A DNA stretch of 64,000 bases, from the NCBI GenBank assembly GCA_032718475.1, contig JAUCBJ010006520.1, positions 1-64,000 of the forward strand, read 5' to 3'. The notes below the pieces were generated by a model that saw nothing but the letters and a program-made list of their open reading frames with translations, was not told where the DNA came from and searched no databases. Each line of letters opens with the position of its first letter. Within the stretch, counting starts at the first letter, position 1. This document shows positions 1 to 11,734 of this stretch, one piece after another. Both the position numbers and the translations under genes were made by a program. Origin of the DNA: Nemertoderma westbladi (taxonomy: Eukaryota; Animalia; Xenacoelomorpha).

Positions 1-128
1 GATGAAGTTTTAATTAATAATTAATTAATAGTTAAATTAAGTTTTAATTAAACATTAAGTTTTAATTAATGTTAAGCTAACTAGGGCTACTGACTGAACT
101 ATTTATACCGAGTCTCTGCTCTACCCTA

Positions 129-1551
129 GCTGTAGCCTATAATAACGCAGTATGCTGTAATGGTATAGATCATAGATTTACAGGACAGGTCAGTAGGTTA
201 CATGGTAGGCCATGCTGGATCTAGGACACTTCCCCCCCGGACACTTCCCCCCCGCCCAAGTAGGACACTTCCCCCCGGACACTTCCCCCCCAGACACTCC
301 CCCCCCCCCCCGGACACTTGCCCCCCGGACACTCCCCCCCCCCCGGACACTTGCCCCCCAGACACTTCCCCCCCAGTTAAAGTGTTAAAATTAATCTGGG
401 TGCATCAAAGCAATAAACAAAAGTTAAAGATGGTTACAGGACAAGTTGTATCTAGACAAGTTTTTTCAAAATTATAAAAGAAACATTTTTATAGTCAATT
501 TTTGTTTGTTTTCCTTTTAATTCCTTTAATTCTTTTAATTTCTTTTAATTGGGGGCTGCCGCCCCCAAACCCCCGCTTCTTTTCTTGGGGGCTACCGCCC
601 CCAAACCCCCGCTTCTTTTCTTGGGAGCTGCCGCCCCCAAACCCCCGCTTTTCTTGGGGGTTATAGGCCCCCAGACCCCGGCATTTCCCTGTGTGCCCGT
701 GGTGAAAGACTTAAGACCACTTTAAAATAATTAATTCATGTTTGTATCATCAGATAATAAATTGACTAAGCCTAAAGTAGGAGCTGTATTGAATGTTAAC
801 CAATTTAATATATAAATTACTACAATATTATATAATTCAACAAAATCCTATTAAAAATATTGCAAGTAACCAGGAAATTTAATATGTAGTGTGTATAATA
901 TCTATATAGTATGTATAGTAGTAATATGTATATCAATATGTAATGCTGAACACAGAATACAGGTCGACGCATGTCGATTTTACCCTGGAGAGGTATAATT
1001 TTGATTGCAACAATAATATTCATCCCCATCTGCTACAATTTGAAGAAGACTATTACATAATAATACCTATAATTAAAACAATTAATTATTATAATTCTAT
1101 AGTTAATAAAAACACTATATCATTCCGGGGATGGAATTTATAGGTTATCTAATATAATTAATTGTTTAAAGATTAGTAAACAATACGATGTAATTGCATT
1201 GATAAAACCCATAAATAAAACTTGGATATAAAATGTAAAATCGGGATGCAAAAGATCACTTTCTGAGCTACGAAAGGAAAATTGGATACAACATATCTGG
1301 ATACAAGCGGTCCGTTTACCTTACAAAATGAAAAATACGAATGTGAGAAGTTAAGAATAGTCGGGGGGGAAGTGTCTGGGGGGGAAGTGTCCGGGGGGGA
1401 AGTGTCCTACTTGAGCGGGGGGGAACTGTCCGGGGGGGAAGTGTCCGGGGGGGAAGTGTCCGAACACCGCTGTAGCCTATAATAACGCAGTATGCTGTAA
1501 TGGTATAGATCATAGATTTACAGGACAGGTCAGTAGGTTACATGGTAGGCC
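129..1551 (+). repeat. 83-bp exact direct repeat (129-211 and 1469-1551) flanking the foldback element
   Basis: GCTGTAGCCTATAATAACGCAG...CAGTAGGTTACATGGTAGGCC is present at both positions, 1340 bp apart. Confidence 0.9.
217..1468. mobile_element. Non-autonomous foldback/MULE-like DNA element with tandem-array inverted termini
   Basis: Left end GGATCTA-GGACACTTCCCCCCC then an array of GGACACTTCCCCCC(C) units (~224-375). Right end is an inverted array of GGGGGGAAGTGTCC units (~1363-1461) ending GAACACC. AT-rich non-coding interior. ORFs 202-477, 1282-1482 and 1316-1513 are translations of these arrays. Confidence 0.7.
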
Positions 1552-2890
1552 TAGCTACATGGCCACCGCTCCTTGTATGTCTTATTATGACAATCTATTA
1601 CAACACAATCCAAGCGGTTCTACCAATTTAAAGTTATTTTTTTGTTAAGTTAATTTGCAATTTCAAAACATTGAAACTATAATTTTCAGATTTTCGGACA
1701 AAATTAGGATGAAACTTTAAATATCTCTTTGTGGTCCTATGGAATCTGAACCGGTTATTACGTTACGGTATTTTCGGTAAATACGCAATTATTTTTTTCG
1801 GAATACAGTAACGTAACGTAATTTGGAAATTATTCCGTAATGTAATATCGTAACGTAAAAAGTTCAGTTTTTCAACCGTAACGTGACGTAATACCGTAAC
1901 GTAACGTAACGTAAAACATCCTTGCCAATGAGTCACTTGCCGAATACAAAAGGTTTTATCTAAAACTAAAAGTGAGTCACTTTAATATATATTACTGTAA
2001 TATATACTAATAATAATATTCATTACGAAACTGGCTCTTTATAGAGCCTGACTGCCTGAGCGGTATACTGTAGGTAGTTGTTGTAGGAAAGATGGACCCC
2101 ATCTATGGTAATATTTTGTAACTAATATAGGGCCTACTGATAGTACTGTATGTTATGAAAGTGCCGGTCGCAAGATCAACTAAAGGCACCCACATTATTT
2201 TTTACTGTACATCTTGTTTCAGTGCTTGTACTGTTATCATTTATTGTTTTGGTTATAAAGGGCATGCTTCTGAAACCTGCTCATCATTTTCCGTAATTTA
2301 TAATTTGTCATATATTTGTAGTTTTGATTAGACCCACCTCGTTAAGCTACTCCTTTCACTTTTTAAGTTTAATTGTAATTTTGTAATTTATAATGGTAAA
2401 CTTGATAAAAATTTAATTTCCAGTGTACCTCTAGTGTGATATCCCCTGTGATATTAATATTACCAGTAACATTAATAATTCATAATGTAAATTATATATC
2501 CGTTATATCCCTCTACCGACCATTACCATTAACTATATTTTTGTTTATCTAAAACATTTACATTTATTAATATGCGATATTTAGGAAGCAAAGAGTGCTA
2601 ATAAATAAGGCTGATATGTAGTCTAATAGTTGAGATATATAAACCTCTGACTAATTATAAATACAGTATATGCTAGATCTTCGTTCATTACTCGATGCTT
2701 GACTCGCCAAATAAATCACAGTTGAGATAAGTGTGCAATGGGTCTTTGGGCCACTTGACAACTATCAAGGTTCAAAACGATAATAATAAATAAAAATACA
2801 AAAATGTTTTAAAATGATACCCATATCGACCACTGTTATTAATTTATTAAACTATTTCAATACTGTTTCAAATGCTCATTGATGTTAGTT

Positions 2891-3101
2891 GTGTGGTTGA
2901 GAACTGAATCGATTTTTAGTAATTTCAGTTTCAGTTACAGTTACAGTATTCAAATTTCCTAATTACAGTTTCAGTTACAGTTACAGTATTAAAAATTCGC
3001 AATTACAGTTACAGTTATAGTTACAGTATCAAAAAAAACATCAAAATCATTCAGTTACAGTTGCAGTTACAGTATAATTACAGTTACAGTTCTCAACACT
3101 A
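2891..3101. mobile_element. Degenerate MITE with internal (CAGTTA)n arrays, hAT-like ends
   Basis: GTTGAGAACTG near 2896 and CAGTTCTCAACACTA ending 3101 are inverted; internal CAGTTA/CAGTTT repeats. No TSD recognisable. Confidence 0.45.
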
Positions 3102-4015
3102 GTAGATACGCCTAGGACAGTAGGACACCGGCAGCATTCTTAATGCAGCTGCTTCCAGCAAGCCGATTATAGATAGATAATTTATACCTGAAAAGGGTGG
3201 ACAGTCCAATCACAGAATCACTACGAAATAGCACTGCCTTAATACGTTTTCTGATTGGTCCGACTATTATCTATATTTTATGTGCCTGTGTCCTGTCTGC
3301 CATACCAAACCAACTGCTGCAGCCTGTAGTCCTGGCAGTCAGGCAGTGCTGAACTGACACAATAGCAATCGCATTCAGCTGCTGTTCCGGCCAATCCGGC
3401 CAATTAGCGGCCAAAGGCAACATTTTCATTTTTGAAACAACATTGTTACCGTGCGCTTTCTTTTCTGAAGTTGAAACCTGTTGTTTTTGGAATCAGGTTG
3501 GTCGATGGGCATGACTGCATGACCGACTTCCAGTACATATATATGATTTCTGATTTACTTTCAATATCAGTACCGGTAGTGGTAGGGGTGCATGTAAAGA
3601 GCGGACTGCGGATTGCCAAAATCCGCGCGGTGAATTTGAATTATCGACTTCCAAACTAAGACTCCGCTCTTTGTTGTCTGGACAAATGGCGGACTGAAGC
3701 CGGTAAATTGTAACCTGATTGGCTCAATCATTTACATAGACTGAAAGGGAACTTAAAGAATGAATCATCCCATCGTGCCATTGGCTTTTAAATGTTTACT
3801 ATTGTGCAACACTGTAATACATGAAACAATTATCCTATAAATATAAAAGAGAGAATATTCGGATATCCTAACTGAGCCAACCCCCCCCCCCCCCCCCCCC
3901 CCCTCTTTTTGGACGACCCCAACGTAAAAAATTTTAAACAAGGAATATCTTATAAGGTCGCGGTTTACACCTTTAAGCAATAAGCATAACTCTGCTTCGT
4001 CAGCAGAAGTACATA

Positions 4016-4455
4016 CTACAATAGTCCCAGGTGTGGTTTCATTACAAAGACAATTTTATTTGGGATCTCCCCACGCCAACGATAAGTTATAAATACGAAT
4101 ACACGTTCCGGATCTTGGTCTGATGAAACTTTGCCTTTAACTCGAAACAATATTGGATAATCGGGTCGAGCTGTCGAGTAAGTATGCCTAAAATGAAACC
4201 CGTTTCTTTCATTATCCAATAATTTCGAAATATGAGACCCTGTACATCGGTACGCGCCCATTGCATCGATAGAATAATTTTCCACATTCTCTTTTCCTAC
4301 TTCATTGGAATCAAAAACAAACGTACAGTTACATAAAACTGTCTCAATCTGGCGTTTTTAGCCGTAAACCTTATCACCTGCTGAGAGCTTTATCATCTGC
4401 TTTACTAAATCAACGTACTCTTCCCTCGCGATACTAGGACGACAAGGTACTTCAT
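4016..4455 (-). pseudogene. Possible decayed transposase-like coding fragment
   Basis: The minus-strand frame is open except for one stop (…CTFVFDSNEVGKENVENYSIDAMGAYRCTG…FITYRWRGEIPNKIVFVMKPH). It loosely resembles N-terminal regions of invertebrate MULE-type transposases as recalled; not verified. Confidence 0.25.
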
Positions 4456-5233
4456 TACCTAGAGTGTGACCTATAGCGGTGTTATTATTATGACAAGACA
4501 ACAAAGAAACTCTAAGTTGCCCAGTGACAAGACCATCTACTGTCCCTGTACTACAGGGGTTGTTAACTTCACGATTGTGATTGTTGGAAAAAAAAAATGG
4601 GTTGATATGGAATGGGGTGGGGAAAAAATAACTATTTTTTCCACTGGTTTTGCTTTGTACTAAGTTTTTTCTATCTTTTTTGTTGTTGTTGTTGCTGTAG
4701 GATGGTGCTAATTTGTGTACACCATAACCCTTAATACAACAACCATTTATAGGGGGTCGGAGCCCACCCCCTAATTTTTTATGCTATGTGTGTCAGCTAT
4801 GCCATGAGTTTGGCAATGCTGTTGTCATTAATAATAATAAATCGTTATCAACTACCAGTAATCAGGTAATGAATGGTAGTTCAGGGTCGGGATCATTTAA
4901 GACAGTAATGTCTATAGTTTGGAGGTCGTCCACGTCCATCGTCCATTCTGCCATTATCCAAAAAAACGTTCCTCGATATTAACTGTAGGCTACGTCTGTA
5001 CGGTACGTACTGACTTGTATGGTAGGACTATAGGTGATAGGCAGATAGGCCTAGACCAGTCTGCCAGTAGACAGAAGAAAGCTAGTTCCAACAGTATACA
5101 CTGGTACACAGTACAGCAGTAGGCCTAGTTAGCTGGTTAGCTAGTAGGTAGGCGTAGTCCTAGTCTGTTAGTCAGCTAGTAGTAGTTTTTTATTGACCAT
5201 ACAGCCATACTGCCATACAGCCATAATACAGTA

Positions 5234-6624
5234 CAGTTAGGTACAATGGCCAAATCTGGCAATGATTGTGATTGCCATATTTGGCAACCAAGCAAAATCT
5301 GGCAACATTTCTGATTGCCTGATTTGGCAACTATATAAAGCCGTTGTTGCCATATTTGGCAACTTAACTAACTCATTGAATATGGCTTATATGGTTCTGC
5401 TTCATTAAGTTCTTCTATGGCAGTATGGTCATTCCTTAGATCCTGAAATGTTAATGTTAGGCCTAGAAAAAAGGGATATAGGGCCAGGTTACAGGTTATA
5501 CTTATCACTTATACCGGTAGTGACATATTCTAAGTTCTAACTGTCTAACCAATACAGCAATATATCCTAATAAATGAGGTGAGAATGAGAGTCAATAATA
5601 CAAACACAGACTGACTGGTGATAGTTTATTTTTGCTAGTAATCTCTGGCGCTGCTTGGGGAGGTGGTTGATTGTTGTTTGTAGGGCCTACCAATAATAGT
5701 TTAGTATTTATAGATTGTAACTGTGTAATGCTGATACAATTTCCCAGCAATCTAAATTATCCTTCACTCTATATCCTGATATCAGTTCAGTATATCTATC
5801 TTTCCATTCCTACATCAGTACATACAGACATATAACTGTATAATGAAAATAATTTCATCCCGTTTTTCATTAGGGCCTACTAGAAACAATGTGGTTGAAT
5901 CCCTTAACACGCGTTTTGGTTTTCTCAGTCTTTCTAAATTTTGACACTATTTTTCTTCTGTCACGCCGTTTCTCAAACTTTAATGCCCCCTTGCCTTCTT
6001 GCTTCCTTTTGGTGATGTTCACGTTCTGACGTTGTCAAATAAATATTATTACGTTTATTTCCATTTCAGCCTTTGAAGCATGTGATTCTTTAGTTTTGTT
6101 TATGCCTATACCATATACCAGTCTACCAGTACGGTATCTGTTACAGACTCATCCATCTTTCCATTAACATATTAACAACATATCAAATACATTCTGACAT
6201 TTCATCAACTAATGTTTTGTTTATAAATCATCACAACTCGACAAGGGTAAGCAAGCTGTAAGCAATTTTGAAGTAATTTACAATGACAGAGTTACTGACC
6301 GGCTGACCGGGCTGCACAATGATAATTGTTGCCAAAACTGGCAACCATTATTTTTCTTTAATTCTAATGGTTGCCAAAAATGGCAATAATTATTTTAGGC
6401 ACATTTCGGCCTATTGCTAAGAGAAATTCAGACGATGATTTTTTTTCTTATACGGTCAATTATATTTAAATTTCGCGCTCTTTTCACTTACCTATTTACC
6501 AAAATGCGATTTTGCTTCTGGGCGTGCGAAAATTAGAAAAACCAAAAGTTGCCAGATTTGGCAATAAACATTGCCATATGTGGCAACTTTTGAGGTTGCC
6601 AGATTTGGCCATTGTACCTAACTG
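5234..6624 (-). mobile_element. pogo/Tigger-like (Tc1-mariner superfamily) DNA transposon remnant
   Basis: 29-bp TIR CAGTTAGGTACAATGGCCAAATCTGGCAA (5234-5262) with inverted copy ending 6624. TA on the left flank, CA on the right. Subterminal TTGCCA..TGGCAA palindromes. Decayed minus-strand peptides KRDEIIF and WKDRYTELISGYRVKDN (~5745-5865) resemble the Tigger CENPB-HTH/DDE linker. Confidence 0.7.
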
Positions 6625-7952
6625 CAGTACCGGTACCGTACCGTACCTCTGCACCTAACTGCCTACAGGCCTAATATCAGAATATAAAGGAATTAAATCA
6701 ATTCGACCTACAAGCTTGACCTGCCTGCTGACAAGTCGACCTACAGCGTACAGCGCTAGGCCTACAGCTGTACAGGCCTAGCCAGCTAGCTGCAGCTGCC
6801 TAGCAGCCTAGGCCTACCTGCCTACTGCAATCAGGCAATAGCTAAGTAGAATGCAGGCTGGCAGGCCTACTGCTGTACTGTCACCAGGCTGCAGGTCACT
6901 GTCAGACTGTAGGCCTATAGGCTGCCGGTACTCCAGGTTGGAATTTCTGAATTTATGTAGAGTTTGCTCAACATGTGTGGCGCGCATTAAGGGTCCTGCT
7001 GTCCTGGCGCGGAGCAACAGGCTGACAGGGTCGTGTGGCGCGCATTGAGGTGAGGATCCTGGCGCGCATATGGCAGTATGGCAGTATGGACAGATGGGTG
7101 TCAGGTAACAGGGTAACAGTAGCAATGCACTGGCAACATATCAGGATCAGCATATCCCTGTATCCACTCTACTTCAAATTATATCAGTATTTTTAAAAAG
7201 AGTGAAAAATTTTCGCTCGCTTCGCTCGCGTTTATGATCGTATCCTATTACTGTCCTATTCATATCCATTCTGCCATTACTGCATTATTTCATTTCAATA
7301 TCCCTATTGTTGTATTGGATTGGGTAGGCCTACTGTATCTGTTTATTAACCTACATGAGTTGTTTCAATTGTTCAAGCCAATACTGCAATATACAGATAT
7401 AAAACCACATTTAGACATTATCATGCTCGCTACGCTCTCAATTTAATCCATAATCACATTCTGTATTAAAAAACAGTTGGTTGGCCTGCTATAAACAGAT
7501 AAATGTTTAAATTTTCTTGCTCGCTACGCTCGTAATTTAACCACATCTGTATTTAAAAACAGCCGGTTGACCTACTACCGGTATCTAACTAATACTGTAT
7601 TAATCTTAATATTTCTGCAAAATTTATTTGCTCGCTACGCTCGCCGTTTAATATTTTAATAGTGTACTGGTAGGTCTGCTGCAGTATAAACAAATAAAAA
7701 TAATCTGATAAATTATTACAATATAGTACAGTCTGCAGTCAGATAGTAGGTACCAACTGACCAATACAGCAATAATTGCAAAATGTCTTGGTGAATGGTT
7801 GGCGCGCATTGAATGTCATGGCTGGCGTGCTTTTCGTTTTACCAGAACCCATGTGGTGCGCTTTTTGTCAATATTCCATATACAGATATCAGATATAGGC
7901 CAGTACGCCGGTACTACAATCAGACAATAGCTAAGCAGTCTGTAGTTAGAAG

Positions 7953-9467
7953 CTGCACTACTCTTAACATTCAACTATGTTAATGTCAGTGGAATGTTGA
8001 AACATAGTGCGATATTATATCAAACCTTTATGCAACTCAGGAAGTTAAAACTTTTGTTTATGGTTTCCTGATACTTTGAAGGTCACAGCTCAAAACACAC
8101 AACATTCAGTTCAGTTGCTCAGCAAGTCTTAGTTTTTAGTTCAAGTTTTAGTACATAGCAGCATAGTAGCAGTAGGGCATAAGGATTAGGTGTCATTCCA
8201 TTCAAGCTCGACCAATTGGTGTGGCAAGGGTCGGACATTTTCGATGAAATTTTCACCATTATTGTTGATACTTGTGAAAAAATGATATTTTGAAAATTTC
8301 AGCTTATTTTATTGATTCGTTCTCGAGATATCGCTGTTTGAATTATCGCTCATTTTCAAAATTCAGTGAAGCACATTATTTAAGGTGGAGTCTAAACTTG
8401 CTCTGATTATCAGTTTTGTATTAATTGTGCTTGATTTTAACAATTGGAGACATAAATGTCCATATTTTAGTAATGAATTTAGTAAATTATTTGTTGGAAA
8501 GCGACAATGAGTCTTTAACATCCTCTAAAAATTTGAAATTTTAAAAAATGCCATTTTTAAAACAAAAACCAGAAACCCAGTGTGAATGTTTATATTTGCG
8601 AAGAATTGCAAAAACGTGAAAAAGGGCTACTTTGACGACGTTGGTGATGCAATCTGATTAATGATATGCTCATGATCTTTTAACCCTGTCATCATTGATA
8701 TAAAGTGTACGTACGTACACCCTGTGCCCTGTCTAAATTTGAAGTCTAAACTGGGAATGGTTGAGTATGTGCACCTCAACAAAGAAAACCAAAAACTTTC
8801 AGAGGCGGGTGGATTCCAATGTTCCATAAGAAGTTCTGATGATGAGTTTTTGCATGAATATAAGTTTGGGAAGTAATAAATAATTGGGAAAGTGGCATAA
8901 AGTGGGAAGTGCCCTTCCCACTTATTTATTGACTATACATATATACAGTATATTGTATATGGTAGCAGGCCCTATTTCAAATAATGCATCAAAAGCAAAC
9001 TGCGGGATAGATAAGGTATAGTGAGTAATTACTTAAGGTATTTGTATTATTAAAGTATAAGGTATGGCTGTGAGTTGGGTAGTTCAATAGTTAGCAATTT
9101 GAGTTTGGTAGTATTTTATTGATGATGAAGTCTATTGCATATTGTACTTATATCTCAATTTTTCAACCACTCCACGGAAAAAAATTGTCAGAAGTTTGGG
9201 ATTAGCCATTGAAATTAATTGTTTTGAATTCCGCTGAGCAATAATATGCTGATATGATAGATGAAAACTACAATATTGGATCTTAACCAACGCTGAGCAG
9301 TCTAAAGAATATCAACATCAGCGAATCTGCACTACTCTTAACAACCAACCGTGTTTATGTCGGTGGAATGTTGAAACATAGTGCGATATTATATTGAACC
9401 TTTGTGCAACTCAGAAAATCAACACTTTTGGAGATATGTTTTCTGATACTTTGAAGGTCACAGCTCA
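7953..9467 (+). repeat. Diverged ~140-bp direct repeat (7953-8092 and 9327-9467)
   Basis: Both copies read CTGCACTACTCTTAACA…GTGGAATGTTGAAACATAGTGCGATATTATAT…GATACTTTGAAGGTCACAGCTCA, with scattered mismatches. Confidence 0.8.
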
Positions 9468-10049
9468 CCTCACAGCTCAGGTTATTGGCCCTAGGCATCT
9501 ATCTAGGCTTACACTGTTCTGATATTTGTAAAGTTAAAGTCATATGATATTGGAGGCCTACCCAGGTCCGAGATAGTGGCGCACATTGACCACTCTTCAA
9601 AAAAACAAATTATAAACATATTAAACTGTAAATAGAGTTTTGTTTAGACAACAACAACACTGTAACATGGAACATCTCCTTTCCATTTTTAACGTTAAAT
9701 TAAATTTTTAATAACTGCTAAAGTGGTGTCTGTAGTGTGATAGACTGATAGTGCCCCAGAGGCCAGGCCAGAGATATATAATTATATATGCTTATATGTG
9801 AGTGAAGGCTATAATTATATACCGGTCGTATATATCATCACCGGTATGCCAGTGGTGCCGATATGTCTCCTTGGCAGATTAAAAAATCTTTGGGGCCGTT
9901 TCACAGCTGCACAGGTTGCAGACAGGGTTAACATTTCACTCATCGCACGAATTTTGATTTGTGTTGTGATATTGTTTGCTTAGACAACCGTGTATTACAT
10001 TAGACGGGAGGCAGTTTGTTTGTTTGTTGAATGTTTATTGTTTGTTTGC

Positions 10050-10300
10050 ATCTTCCAATCCCATCTGTTTCTTGGAGTATGTGTGATGCATGCTCGTTAC
10101 GGCGGCGACGACAGAATCCATATACTGAGAGGTCCGCTCAGACACGCTCAGTGTGTGCTTTCACACACACACACTCGATCAACTATGTGCAACCTTGTCG
10201 GATTCTGGAATTCTGGAGTGACTTATCCTCCCAGATAAGATCATCTCTGGATCTCTAATTCCTATGAATTAGGGAACCGTTAATTATGAATGAATGAATG
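10050..10300 (+). mobile_element. 3' fragment of a CR1/L2-type LINE
   Basis: Peptide FWSDLSSQIRSSLDL resembles the W-N-x-L-P-x-x-I-R C-terminus of CR1/L2 ORF2. It is followed by a small hairpin (CTAATTCctatGAATTAG) and a (TGAA)n tail. Confidence 0.4.
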
Positions 10301-10405
10301 TACCGATATGTCATGATACGTATGTACCGGTATAGACAATGCAACTAACTACTGGAGTTCTGACTAGCCTAATAGTGGGCTTAGTATGTTAATGAATAGA
10401 CTTGA

Positions 10406-11432
10406 CACGTTAGCTGCGGCTCCGAAACCACTGGTTCTTTGTTACTGCGGATTGTGCACCGGTGAACAACCATGTGCTGTTCCATGACTGCTGCAGGATT
10501 TGAAACTTGGCGTTTAGTTAGTGCGGATTGTGCACCGGTGATGCGGTGAACAACAAATTACTTTTTGTTAATTACATTTTGTGGGAATGCCTTTGGGCAC
10601 CGGTGCTCATATTCACGTATTGTATTTATAAAACAACGGAGAACCACCATGGAAGAAACCGCATCTCAATTCTCAATACCTCCTTCCAGGCCAGAGTCAG
10701 AGATAGTGGTTTGAATTTCATCAAAATTTTATATATTTTTTATGATTTTACTAATACAGGGTTAATAATTTTCAAAACTGTACCAATAATTATCCCATCA
10801 CATTAGTAGATTACTATTGGCCACTTTCGAAATTTCAGGGGTTAACCCCATAGGAGATAATGTCTGCAGTTTAACGACCCACCCCACCCCCATCAATTAT
10901 TTGGGTTTTAAAAACATTCATAAAGTAAAATAATATAAAATAACATTGTTATTGTTACAGCACATTTGCTCATGCAATATAAATTAACACATGAAAAGTA
11001 AACAAAACAGTTATTGCTTAACTAACAATGAACTAAATCAAATAGGCCTAATAGCTATTACTAAAGCATTTTAAAAATCCCGCCATATTTATATAAGTGG
11101 AAATATTGAGCACCGGCGCTCAATCCGCACTGCACTTGTGTAGTGCGGATTGTGCACTGGTGCACAAACCCAAAAAAATATATATATGAATCATACAAAG
11201 GTCACAGATACCGAATTTGACTACATCTGATTTGTGCACCGGTGTTCAACTTATAGCCTCCGCACTAAGGGCTAACCAAGCCAAAATAGCTCCGCACTAC
11301 AGAGGGTTGCACTATCCACATGTCATGTTCACCGGTGCACAATCCGCAGTAAGAAGTTGACAGGGAGTAAAACCTACCGCAGTAAAGTTAAAACACTAAT
11401 TGTGCACCGGTGCTCAATCCGCAGCTAACTTG
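10406..11432. mobile_element. piggyBac-type non-autonomous element
   Basis: TIR CA(C/A)GTTAGCTGCGG at both ends. Flanks are TTGA (degenerate) and TTAA. Many internal GCGGATTGTGCACCGGTG / CACCGGTGC(A/T)CAATCCGC subterminal motifs. Confidence 0.7.
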
Positions 11433-11707
11433 TTAAGAAATAAAAAACTTTTTTCTGATTGCATTATTATTCATTTGAATATAGTTTAGATGTTATAAGC
11501 TCTCGGAATATAGATGTGTCAAACTCAAACAATACTGGAGTGGGAGTCAGAGTAGGAAACCTAAATACAGAAATATGATAAATCACTCATTTTTGTAGGG
11601 TTCCAAATTGGTACATTAGTAGTAGGCCTAGTGAATGGACTGATAGCTAATTTTGAATTTTTGTCTTATGTATTTTGTATATTATTTAGTATATATTTTA
11701 ATTTGAT

Positions 11708-11717
11708 ACCGGAAGTG
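11708..11717 (+). promoter_or_regulatory. ETS-family consensus site ACCGGAAGTG just upstream of the KMT2C/D-N start codon
   Basis: Perfect ETS (GABPA/ELK-type) consensus ending 17 nt before ATG 11735, in otherwise very AT-rich sequence. Function is inferred only. Confidence 0.3.
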
Positions 11718-11734
11718 TATGTTTGTACTTTGAC

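Noticed and set aside
6630-7870. GC-richer ORFs and TAGGCCTA / GCTCGCTACGCTCG motifs
   Set aside because: Low-complexity and old transposon-like motifs, with no definable ends or protein similarity.
10630-10680. Peptide KTTENHHGRNRISIL as the missing PK exon (KIENHEGVRRFDEIL)
   Set aside because: Only weak similarity compared with the very high conservation of the real exons. It lies inside a piggyBac MITE, with no suitable phase-0 donor after it.
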